Translations under genes and position numbers: made by a program | Shown here: positions 55,827 through 64,000 of the stretch, piece by piece | Layout of the letters: each line of letters begins with the position of its first letter | Position numbering within the stretch: the first letter of the stretch is position 1 | Notes under the pieces: model-generated | Told to the model about the DNA's origin: nothing | Databases searched by the model: none | Seen by the model: only the letters and a program-made list of their open reading frames with translations | Virus record (IMG/VR): IMGVR_UViG_3300018933_000004 | Location: 14,791-78,790 of that record | Strand: one strand, 5' to 3' | Length of the DNA: 64,000 nucleotides | From: a virus

Positions 55827-57314
55827 ATGACCGACAAGATCAAGCCGCTCACCCTCCACTTCGAGACCTCCCCCTGCGGCCGTTGCGGCGGTAGCGGGAT
55901 GTTCGGCCCCAAGAGCGTCAAGGGCGGTGTCTGCTTCACGTGCAGTGGTAACGGCAAGCTGCTCACCCGCCGGGGCAAGACCGCCCGCAACCGGTATGAC
56001 TCCCTGCTCGTGGAGCGCCTGGGGCGTCGGGTGTGGGAGCTGGCTGAGGGTGACGTGGTGTGGTCGCACTACTCCGCCTGGGCCGGGTTCACCCCCTACG
56101 ACTCCCCCAAGGCGTGGCGCACGGTCAAGTCGGCCACGTACACCCCTGAGAGCGGCTCGGCGCAGATCATCAAGAACGATGACGGCACCGAGGAGCGCAT
56201 TCCGCACGCCGAGGGGCGCGTGGTCTTCGTGGCCCCCGAGGGTAAGGCCGAGCGCAGCGTAGGTGTGGCCTCCACCCCCGAATACTTCGAAACGTGGCTG
56301 TTCCCCGTGTACGACCGCGCGGTCGTCGAGGAGATCATGCGGCACGTCGCCGCGAAGTGCACCGGCGCCTGGCTGGACGGCGAGGAGCCCCCGGCGCGCC
56401 CCGTGCGCAAGCCGCGCAAGCCCAAGACGGAAGAGCCCGTGAAAGAGGAGCCCAAGCCGCTCGCCGCCAACGTGTACCCGGGCGAGTGCCGCAAGTGCGG
56501 CGGGCACGTCGAAGCCAAGGCGGGCGAGCGCGAGCGCGTTGACGGCCGCTGGGAGGTCCAGCACAAGGACGGGGAGTGCCAGGAGCGCCCGGCCGTCGAG
56601 GAGCCCCTGACGCTGGCCGAGGTGCTCGGGGATGACGTGCTGGGTCGCCGCACCTTGAACGCGCTGCGCGCCAAGGGGGTTGAGACGGTGGCCGACGTCC
56701 GCGCCAAGGGGGTTGCCTGGATCCTCGACTGGACCGGAGTCGGCACTAAGGGCATCAACCGTCTCGCCGAGCGTCTCGGTCTTGACGACCCCCAGGGGCC
56801 CCAGGAGCCCGCCAAGGAGACGCCCGCCGAGGAGACGCCGCAGCGCGAGGAGCGCCCGGCCATGGCGAACAAGTTCGGCGGACGCTGCGCCGACTGTGAC
56901 GTCTGGGTGGAGGCGGGCGAGGGCGTGCGCGTCAACAGCCTTGGCCGCTGGATCACCCGCCACAAGGACGGCGAGTGCGTCAAGGACACCACGGTGAAGG
57001 TGACCGAAGAGGGCCTGTACCGGATCCCCGGCGGCGCCACCCCGCACGCCGACGTGTTCCGCGTCCGGCTGTCGGAGCGCTCCGGCCGCCTGTACGCCGA
57101 GCGGTTCGTGCCCCACACCGAGGAGGGCGGCGGCGCCCGGTTCGTGTACGACCCGGCCGCCGTCTACCGGCTGGAGCCCGCCCACCGCATGACGGCCGAG
57201 GAGGCCGCCGACATCGGCCGGAAGCTCCACACCTGCATGCAGTGCGGCGAACACCTGACCGACCCCAAGAGCATCGCCCGGGGCATCGGCCCCGTCTGCG
57301 CCAAGAAGGTCTGA
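55827..57314 (+). CDS. Multidomain protein: DnaJ-type Zn finger, RNAP alpha-CTD-like HhH, DUF6011-like C-terminus
   Basis: CGRCGGSG/CFTCSGNG; LGRRTLNALRAKGVETVAD...GVGTKGI; CMQCGEHLTDPKSIARGIGPVC. Confidence 0.7.
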   Translation: MTDKIKPLTLHFETSPCGRCGGSGMFGPKSVKGGVCFTCSGNGKLLTRRGKTARNRYDSLLVERLGRRVWELAEGDVVWSHYSAWAGFTPYDSPKAWRTVKSATYTPESGSAQIIKNDDGTEERIPHAEGRVVFVAPEGKAERSVGVASTPEYFETWLFPVYDRAVVEEIMRHVAAKCTGAWLDGEEPPARPVRKPRKPKTEEPVKEEPKPLAANVYPGECRKCGGHVEAKAGERERVDGRWEVQHKDGECQERPAVEEPLTLAEVLGDDVLGRRTLNALRAKGVETVADVRAKGVAWILDWTGVGTKGINRLAERLGLDDPQGPQEPAKETPAEETPQREERPAMANKFGGRCADCDVWVEAGEGVRVNSLGRWITRHKDGECVKDTTVKVTEEGLYRIPGGATPHADVFRVRLSERSGRLYAERFVPHTEEGGGARFVYDPAAVYRLEPAHRMTAEEAADIGRKLHTCMQCGEHLTDPKSIARGIGPVCAKKV

Positions 57315-57392
57315 CCCCCTGCACCACCACGGCGCCCGGTACGACCGCCGGGCGCCCACCCGACCACGACCACACCAGAAAGGGCACAGATC

Positions 57393-57743
57393 ATGAGCAG
57401 TGCGCCGACCGCCCAGACGCCCGCCCGCCGCCCGTACAACGCCGCCAACGTCGCCTACGTCGACCAGGGCACCGTCATCACCGCCGTGTGGGTGTCCGAC
57501 CCCGCCATCGACCCGGCGGAAGCGCTGGACAAGATCCTTCACCGTGACCTGCCGTACGAGGTGGAGGAGATCGCGGAGGCGACGCGCTTCTACAAGAGCG
57601 AGGGGGCCACGTTCTCCGGCTGGATCATCCGCCAGGCCAGCAACGGCAACCACAGCACCGAGCCCATCGCCAACAAGCGCGCCGCCATGAAGGAGCTGCG
57701 CGGCTGGGTCGAGGGCTACTTCGAGCGCAGGGGGAACAGGTGA
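57393..57743 (+). CDS. Hypothetical protein
   Basis: 116-aa ORF after AAGGG RBS. Confidence 0.65.
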   Translation: MSSAPTAQTPARRPYNAANVAYVDQGTVITAVWVSDPAIDPAEALDKILHRDLPYEVEEIAEATRFYKSEGATFSGWIIRQASNGNHSTEPIANKRAAMKELRGWVEGYFERRGNR

Positions 57744-58367
57744 CCACGGCCAACGAGGGATACGCCCCCGTCGACTTCGCGGACGTCGGCGAAGGGGACG
57801 TGCTGAGGTTCGTCACCAGAGACACCGGCTACGGCGGCCGGGGACTGTACGTCCGCGACGGGCGCGTGATCGCCGTGACGCCGAAGACAGTGCGCCTGTG
57901 GTGCGACGACGACACCCCCAGGGGGCACCGTGGCCGTACTGCGCCGCGCCGACTGGAACGGCCGCGCCGTGCTGCGCAAGGTCGCCAACAAGCCCGCCGA
58001 CGCGCCCAGGACGTACACCTACACCGCCGAGACCTACGGGGACACCCCGGGCGAGTATGTGACGCGGGAGTTCACGATCACGGGCCCGCTGTACCACGGG
58101 GGTGGCCGCCGACTGCGCGAGGGTGATCAGCTCACCGCCGGGCGCCGTACGAACCCCTGGGGTGACGAGGGGGCCAGGAGCCGCTACGTCCACTTCACCA
58201 CGCGCCTGGACGTCGCCGCCGAGTACGCCAGGCAGAGCGGGGGCCACGTCTTCGAGGTGGAGCCGACGGGGCCGTTCTCTGTCGGCTACGGCGGCGAGGA
58301 GTACAAGACCGAGCACCCGCTGAACGTCGTGCGGCGGCTGGCCCCCCAGGAGTGGCACGACGCCTAG
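57740..58367 (+). pseudogene. Frameshifted (or two-part) gene with C-terminal Arr-like ADP-ribosyltransferase domain
   Basis: The frame from 57740 joins the frame of 57930-58367 if one G is removed from the G5 run at 57921-57925; LYHGG...EGDQL...VHFT...VFEVEPTG. Confidence 0.6.
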
Positions 58368-58430
58368 GCCCGCCCCGCTCGCGACGACCCCGCCAGAATC
58401 GCCAGACACCCCAGGAGAGGACACACAGCC

Positions 58431-58829
58431 ATGGCGCTGGAGACCACCACGGAGACCTACACCCGCACGACCCTGCGCGACGGTACCCGCGTCGTGGGCG
58501 TGGTCGTCGGCAACGAGGAGGAGGGATACCGCGCGGAGCACTGGATGCCCGCCCTCACCGATGGACGTTGGTACGGCGCCTACGAGGTGGAGGCGTGCCC
58601 GTCGGGCGAGTGGGACACGGTGGCGGATGCGCTGGGCTGGCTGAGGGACCGCTACGCCCTGGAGAGCCACAAGTACGCCGACCGCCCGCAGCAGCCGAAG
58701 ATCTCCAGCACCGTGCCCGCCCAGGACGCGCCGAGGGTGACGTGCAGCGCCCACTACGGGGAGCACAGGCAGGGGGAGGACTGCGAGGAGCCCAAGGGGG
58801 CCCAGGGAGCGCCCCAGGGGGCCGTGTAG
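58431..58829 (+). CDS. Hypothetical protein
   Basis: GAGAGGA RBS; 132 aa. Confidence 0.65.
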   Translation: MALETTTETYTRTTLRDGTRVVGVVVGNEEEGYRAEHWMPALTDGRWYGAYEVEACPSGEWDTVADALGWLRDRYALESHKYADRPQQPKISSTVPAQDAPRVTCSAHYGEHRQGEDCEEPKGAQGAPQGAV

Positions 58830-58993
58830 CCACCCCCTGGGGGCACGAGGGGCCCAGGGCAGGGGCAGAGACGGCGAGCCCGCCCCTGCCGTCTGTATGG
58901 GCTTGTGCGCATATAGGACAGAACGGTTACCCCCGCGAGGGGGCGAAGAGGGGGCCGGGGCCGGGCGCCCGGAATCCTGGGGCACCCCTGCGC

Positions 58994-59022
58994 TTGTAAC
59001 GCATCTTGAGATGCGCTACCGT
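58994..59022 (+). promoter_or_regulatory. Conserved promoter/palindrome, copy 8
   Basis: TTGTAA-17-TACCGT; AACGCATCTTGAGATGCGCT. Confidence 0.8.
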
Positions 59023-59061
59023 GGGCCACCCCGCCAGACAGACAGAGACGAGGAGCACCGA

Positions 59062-60795
59062 ATGGGCGAGATCATCGACATCAAGCGCAAGCCGACCACC
59101 GTGCAGGTCGAGGCGCTGCGCAAGGGCGCGGTGCAGCGCAACGGGATCATCGCGCTGGGAGACCAGAACGACCGCACCCAGGAGGGCCTGGCGCGCCGGG
59201 GCATGGGTGAGTGGAGGTCGGCGACGGACATGGGCGAGCGCGGTACGCACTCGTGGTTCGTGATCACCCAGCGCGGCCGGGACTACCTGGCCAAGGGGGA
59301 GCGGGTCGCGGCGGAGGCGGCCGAGGAGCGCCGGGAGTCTGCGCCGGTGGTGTCCGGGAACGTGTGCGCCGAGTCGACAGAGTCGTGCTCGGGTGCGGTG
59401 GAGTACCGGCGTACCGGTACGCATCGGCGGGGGGCGTACCTGTGCGTGGTGCACGGTGGGGCGCAGCGTGCTGCGGTGGAGGCCGTGAGCGCCCCCGTGG
59501 CGGCCGAGGAGCGGGCGGAGCTGCCCGAGGTTCCGGAGAGTGCTGCGCCGCGCAGCATGGCGGATGCCATTGCGTTCCTGGGGTCTTTGAAGGTGGGTGA
59601 CCGGGTGCGGGTGACGCGTGAGGGGCGCACGGCGGATCTGACGGTGTCTCGGGGGCCGCGCCGTTCCGATGGGGCGTTCGGGTCGCCGGAGTCGCTGGGG
59701 GTGACGGTGTCGTACGGGGTGGGGCGTTACAGCTTTGAGGTAAACGCTGGGCATCTGTTCGCGCAGCGGGCGGGGCGGCACACCACCTACGGGGGCACCC
59801 GCATGATGCGTCTGCCCGCTGAGGCGCCCGCGCCGAAGACGGCGGCTGACAACGCGTCGGAGGTGTCGGCTCGGTTCGCTGCCCGCCAGAGGGGCCAGGA
59901 GGGCGTGGAGAGGGACATGGGGAGCATGAGCGAGCCGGAGCACGCCAGCGCGCTCAGTGCCCGTTTCGCTGAGGCGCAGCGCCCGGGGGGCGTGGGTGAG
60001 TCCGAGGTCGCCGAGGACGGTCGCGCGGTCGGCTTCTACGTCACGGTGCGCCACGGCAAGCAGCGGGGGTTCCTGCTGGGCCCGTACGCGACCAAGCAGG
60101 ACGCGGACGGCAACGTGAGCCGCGCCCGTCGGCACGCCGAGGAGCAGGTCAACGAAGCGTGCTTCTACGAGTACGGTACGGCGCGCGCCGTGGCCAAGCC
60201 TGGCCGTGCGCTGCCGGAGGGAAAGTTCAACGACAGCATCGGCCTGCGGGCCGAGGAGGAGGGGGAGACCGTGAGCGCTGAGGAGACGCCGGTGGAGCGG
60301 ATCAAGCGGGCCAGGACGGGGGCGGGGGTGCTGGGGGCGCTGCGCGCGCCGCATACTCCGCACGGGGATGCGGGTGACCGGGTGTTCACCATTGAGGTCA
60401 CCACGCGTGTGGTGAGCGGTGAGGCGGAGTCGTGCCGCTTCGAGGGTGAGGGTGACCCGGAGCACGAGTGCACGGGGGACTGCACGTCGCTGGAGGGGGA
60501 CGTGAGGGAGTTGGAGGCGCCGCGCACCGAGGAGGTCACGGCCGACGGGGATGACCTTGAGGTGTTCGGGGGTGACCCGGTGGCGTGGGCGGTGGATTAC
60601 ATCCGGACCAAGACGGATGCGGTGGAGCCGTCGGCGAGCCCGGTGGGTGACAGGGCGCGTGAGCACGAGTGGCTGAGCGGCGTCTACGTGGACCCGTACG
60701 ACAACAGTCGTGAGACGCACACGAGCGTGCGCCTGACGGGTGACTGGTCCGAGGAGGAGCGGGCGCGGGTGTTCAAGGGCGTGCGGGGGGTCTAG
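59062..60795 (+). CDS. Large hypothetical multidomain protein (G-rich codons)
   Basis: GAGGAG RBS before ATG 59062. Confidence 0.75.
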   Translation: MGEIIDIKRKPTTVQVEALRKGAVQRNGIIALGDQNDRTQEGLARRGMGEWRSATDMGERGTHSWFVITQRGRDYLAKGERVAAEAAEERRESAPVVSGNVCAESTESCSGAVEYRRTGTHRRGAYLCVVHGGAQRAAVEAVSAPVAAEERAELPEVPESAAPRSMADAIAFLGSLKVGDRVRVTREGRTADLTVSRGPRRSDGAFGSPESLGVTVSYGVGRYSFEVNAGHLFAQRAGRHTTYGGTRMMRLPAEAPAPKTAADNASEVSARFAARQRGQEGVERDMGSMSEPEHASALSARFAEAQRPGGVGESEVAEDGRAVGFYVTVRHGKQRGFLLGPYATKQDADGNVSRARRHAEEQVNEACFYEYGTARAVAKPGRALPEGKFNDSIGLRAEEEGETVSAEETPVERIKRARTGAGVLGALRAPHTPHGDAGDRVFTIEVTTRVVSGEAESCRFEGEGDPEHECTGDCTSLEGDVRELEAPRTEEVTADGDDLEVFGGDPVAWAVDYIRTKTDAVEPSASPVGDRAREHEWLSGVYVDPYDNSRETHTSVRLTGDWSEEERARVFKGVRGV

Positions 60796-60885
60796 GAGGG
60801 TCTGGGAGCGCCCGGTGGCCGTGTGGTTGCCGGGCGTTCCTGTTGGGGGCGTGGCGGGGCGTGTGGGCGTGGGGCACCCCTACGC

Positions 60886-60914
60886 TTGTAACGCATCTTG
60901 AGATGCGCTACGGT
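60886..60914 (+). promoter_or_regulatory. Conserved promoter/palindrome, copy 9
   Basis: TTGTAA-17-TACGGT; AACGCATCTTGAGATGCGCT. Confidence 0.8.
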
Positions 60915-60956
60915 GGGCACCCCCGCCAGACAGACAGCAGCAACGAGGAGCACACC

Positions 60957-62249
60957 ATGGCGATCATCTACCGGGACAGCAACGGCAACGAGGAGCGCCG
61001 GGAGTTCGTGGGCGCGGTGCTGGGCAAGCGCGAGCAGAACCTGTACCACGACAGCTACTTTCACGCGATCGTGTGGGACGAAGAGCGCAGCGAGGTGCGC
61101 AGCGTCGAGTACGGGGCGACGGCCTACTACTCGAACACCGGGGTCACGGTGGACGCGACCCGCGAGGTGATCGAAAAGGCCGTGGCGCAGCGCGCGGCTC
61201 AGTACCTGGCCGACTGGGAGCGTGAGCACAACGACACGGTCCGCAAGGGCTACACCGCGCGGGTCACGGTGCGCGGTGAGGGCACCGTGGAGGGCGTTGT
61301 GGCGTGGGAGGCCCGCTACGGCACGCCCACGCCCCGATACGGCATCCGGGTGGAGGGTCGCAAGGGCCTGGTCTTCCGCGACAAGGGCGCCAAGAGCCTG
61401 AAGGTGGACGTCCCCGCGTGGACGGCTGAGGACCGCGCGGAGATGACGGAGCGCGCCGAGACCCTCGCGCGCCACGACTTCAGCGAGGCGCTGCGCCTGG
61501 CGGACGAGCGGGAGCCGCTGGAGCCCGTGCCGGGCCCGGGGACCGTGGTGGACTCCCAGGAGGCGGACGCGGACGGGTTCCGCCTGTACGCGTTCGGGGA
61601 GTCGTTCGCCGAGGAGTCGTTCACGCGGGGTGTGGCGGAGGCCGTGATCGACCAGGGCGCGGCTGGCTACACCGTGACGGGGCGGCGGGCGGACGGCACC
61701 GCGATCACGGCCCGCGAGGTGACCGTGCTCCAGGCGCTGGGGCGTGTGGCGCACTGGGCGGAGTCGGACGTGACCCGCATCGAGCACGACGGGCGGGGCG
61801 TGGTGCGCATGGTGCGCCCGAACGGGGCGCGGCTCGTCCTGGTCCCGGTGTACCCGGTCGTCCCGGCGGCCGGGGAGGGGCCTCAGAAGGCCGTGAGCGC
61901 CCCCGTGGCGGCCCAGGAGCGGCCGGAGGGCGAGGAGGCCGCCGACGGCGCCCGGGAGGCCCTGGAGGCGGCGCGGGGGACGGAGGGTGACCCGGAGTGG
62001 GTGGCGCGCCGGGATGCGGCGCTGGAGCGGGTGCTGCGGCTGCTGGACGGGGAGGCGGCGCGGTACCGGCGGACGGTGATCACCCGTGAGGGTCTGCCGG
62101 GGGCGGGGGACACGCTGCCGACGGATGCGGCGTGGGTGTATCTGGCCGAGGAGGTTGCCGACGGGGGGCAGGTGGAGGACCTGCGGCGCGGCGAGGTGAG
62201 GCTGACGCGGGCGAACGGTGCGCGGCTGAGGTTGAACCCGGTGGCCTGA
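60957..62249 (+). CDS. Hypothetical multidomain protein (G-rich codons)
   Basis: GAGGAG RBS before ATG 60957; N-terminal REQNLYHDSYF.A.VWD motif. Confidence 0.75.
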   Translation: MAIIYRDSNGNEERREFVGAVLGKREQNLYHDSYFHAIVWDEERSEVRSVEYGATAYYSNTGVTVDATREVIEKAVAQRAAQYLADWEREHNDTVRKGYTARVTVRGEGTVEGVVAWEARYGTPTPRYGIRVEGRKGLVFRDKGAKSLKVDVPAWTAEDRAEMTERAETLARHDFSEALRLADEREPLEPVPGPGTVVDSQEADADGFRLYAFGESFAEESFTRGVAEAVIDQGAAGYTVTGRRADGTAITAREVTVLQALGRVAHWAESDVTRIEHDGRGVVRMVRPNGARLVLVPVYPVVPAAGEGPQKAVSAPVAAQERPEGEEAADGAREALEAARGTEGDPEWVARRDAALERVLRLLDGEAARYRRTVITREGLPGAGDTLPTDAAWVYLAEEVADGGQVEDLRRGEVRLTRANGARLRLNPVA

Positions 62250-62347
62250 CGACGGATTTCGTTGTGCGCCCGCTAGGGCGAGCCACGATATTCGTTGCGG
62301 CTCGCCCCTGTGGGTGCGGATTCCGTTGTTTCCCCAAGACCCGCCCC

Positions 62348-62372
62348 TACGCATCCCAAGATGCGCTAGGGT
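62348..62372 (+). promoter_or_regulatory. Conserved palindrome/promoter, copy 10
   Basis: TACGCATCCCAAGATGCGC followed by TAGGGT; -35 not evident. Confidence 0.7.
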
Positions 62373-62403
62373 GGGGTACCCCGCCACTGATAAGGAGCCC
62401 AAG

Positions 62404-64000
62404 ATGACCTCCACCACCGCCCGCAAGAGCGACATCACCCGCACACTGCGCCGCATCCTCGACCCCACCCGCTTCCCCGAGGGCGCCAGCAACGGATGGA
62501 CCACCCGCCAGGAAGGCTCCCGCGTGGAGATCACCCTGAACTTCTTCAGCGGCTCCGAGGACCGCACCGCGCTGGACATCATCCGCGAGCACCTCGACAC
62601 CCGCTACGCCCTCGACTTCGCCGCCACCCTCACCGAGGACGAATACGAGGTGCTCGGCGAGGACTACGCCGGGTGCAGCATCATCACCGTCACCCGCCGC
62701 ACCCCCGCCCCCCAGAAGGAGGCCACCACCGTGACCGACACCGTGACCCTGCGCATCCCCGCCCGCGTCGCCGACTTCTTCGAGGAGCAGAGCCCCGACC
62801 TCGCCCACAGCCTCGACGCCATGGACCGCGACATGGCCCGCGCCCTGGCCGACGCCGAAACCCGCCCCCACGGCAAGAACGGCACCGTCAAGGTCATGAC
62901 CACCACCCGCACCATCGCCGCCGCGTTCCTGGCCACCCTGGAAAGCAAGGCCAACATCGAATTCGACGCCGACGACGCCGACACCAAGAGCGCCACCGCC
63001 GCCCTCGCCTACGTCCAGCGCTGCCAGACCCAGGGCATCACCCCCTACGCCCCGCCCGCCGACTACCGCATGACCGACCCCCAGGCCCAGGCCCAGCTCG
63101 ACGCCGAGATTGCAAAGGAAACCCAGGCGCAGCACCAGCGCGCCGCCCAGGAAGCCGACAACGCCACCCACCGCGCCGCCTGGGAAACCCTCACCCGCGA
63201 GGAGCGCGCCACCCGCACCCAGGAACTCCTCGACGCCGCGTGCACGGTGCTCGGCTTCCAGCGCACCGACACCCGCAACTGGCTCGACATGGGCAGCGTC
63301 GCCGCATCCGTCGAAGACGGCCGGTTCTACATGGAGGCCCGCCGCCTCGCCGACCCCACCGCCCGCCCCGCCCTCGACGCCGCCCGCAAGGCCCTCACCG
63401 CCGCCGGATGGACCATCACCGACTGGGGCACCCACTTCTACGCCCAGGCCCCCCAGCAGGCCACCGAGGGCCCCCAGGAGCGCCCCGCCGTCGTCGACAC
63501 CGACCCGGCCCCCACCGCCACCCGGTGGGCCCCCCGAGACGCCGAGAGGGCCCCCGCCCCCGCGTCCGTGTGGGTCACCACCGAGGGCGGAGAGCGCATC
63601 GAATACGCCTACATCCCCAACGGCGACCCCGCCCGCATCGAGCACTTCCTGAACGCCGCCCGCGCCATCCCCACCTTCCGGGACATCAGCACCCAGCAGG
63701 CCCCCACGCCCCCCCAGGACACCTACCAGGGCCCCGCCCCGGTCATGGCCCGCGTCGAGTGGACCAAGACCGTACGCGGCCACCACAAGGGCGTCATGCG
63801 GTTCCCCAACGGCGCCACCTACAAGATCACCCACATCACCCAGGCCCGCGCCAGCCGGGGCGCCAAGGGCGACCACCTCGCCCGCCCCGCCACCGGCGCC
63901 CAGCCCGAAGAGGGCCCCGCGATCACCTGGGGACTCGCCGACCTCGCCGCCGAGTGCGCCCAGCACGCCGGATACACCGGCCCCGTCACCATCGAGCAGA
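62404..64000 (+). CDS. Hypothetical protein, 3'-truncated by the window edge (C-rich codons)
   Basis: AAGGAG RBS, ATG 62404 (MTSTTARKSDITRTL...); the frame appears open to the window end, so it is absent from the ORF track. Confidence 0.75.
   Translation, partial: MTSTTARKSDITRTLRRILDPTRFPEGASNGWTTRQEGSRVEITLNFFSGSEDRTALDIIREHLDTRYALDFAATLTEDEYEVLGEDYAGCSIITVTRRTPAPQKEATTVTDTVTLRIPARVADFFEEQSPDLAHSLDAMDRDMARALADAETRPHGKNGTVKVMTTTRTIAAAFLATLESKANIEFDADDADTKSATAALAYVQRCQTQGITPYAPPADYRMTDPQAQAQLDAEIAKETQAQHQRAAQEADNATHRAAWETLTREERATRTQELLDAACTVLGFQRTDTRNWLDMGSVAASVEDGRFYMEARRLADPTARPALDAARKALTAAGWTITDWGTHFYAQAPQQATEGPQERPAVVDTDPAPTATRWAPRDAERAPAPASVWVTTEGGERIEYAYIPNGDPARIEHFLNAARAIPTFRDISTQQAPTPPQDTYQGPAPVMARVEWTKTVRGHHKGVMRFPNGATYKITHITQARASRGAKGDHLARPATGAQPEEGPAITWGLADLAAECAQHAGYTGPVTIEQ

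Overview
High-GC (Streptomyces-like) window that reads as part of a large phage or phage-plasmid. (1) 1-19.8 kb is a + strand replication/recombination operon: primase, J-domain protein, gp32-like SSB, DnaE, RecA, two resolvase-like nucleases, an intein-containing Cas4-like nuclease and a sigma-region-4-like protein. (2) 20.7-28.4 kb holds a terminase large subunit followed by two multi-domain 'polyvalent' proteins (GNAT, ADP-ribosyltransferase, ParB-like, nucleotidyltransferase; Arr-like, RelE-like, 2H-phosphoesterase). (3) 28.4-44 kb is plasmid/AICE-like accessory DNA: DUF2637, two tyrosine-recombinase genes, GntR, and an XRE-DUF5753/DUF397/HATPase triad. (4) 44-64 kb is a co-oriented array of mostly unknown genes in cassettes. 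Each cassette is headed by a conserved ~20-bp palindrome (consensus about AACGCATCTYRAGATGCGCT) lying in the spacer of a sigma70/HrdB-like promoter; I find 10 copies, including one at 28.4 kb. The most unusual observations are: these promoter-hairpin cassette heads; three anticodon-less tRNA-like structures with covarying T-stems, each starting exactly 8 nt after a stop codon; a pair of type I-E CRISPR-like repeats with a 15-nt spacer and no cas genes (possible RNA anti-CRISPR); an antitoxin-like ORF overprinted inside a toxin-bearing polyprotein; and a 27-bp perfect inverted repeat beside an apparently catalytically dead recombinase-Endonuclease VII fusion. All protein calls come from motif recognition by eye; no database searches were run.
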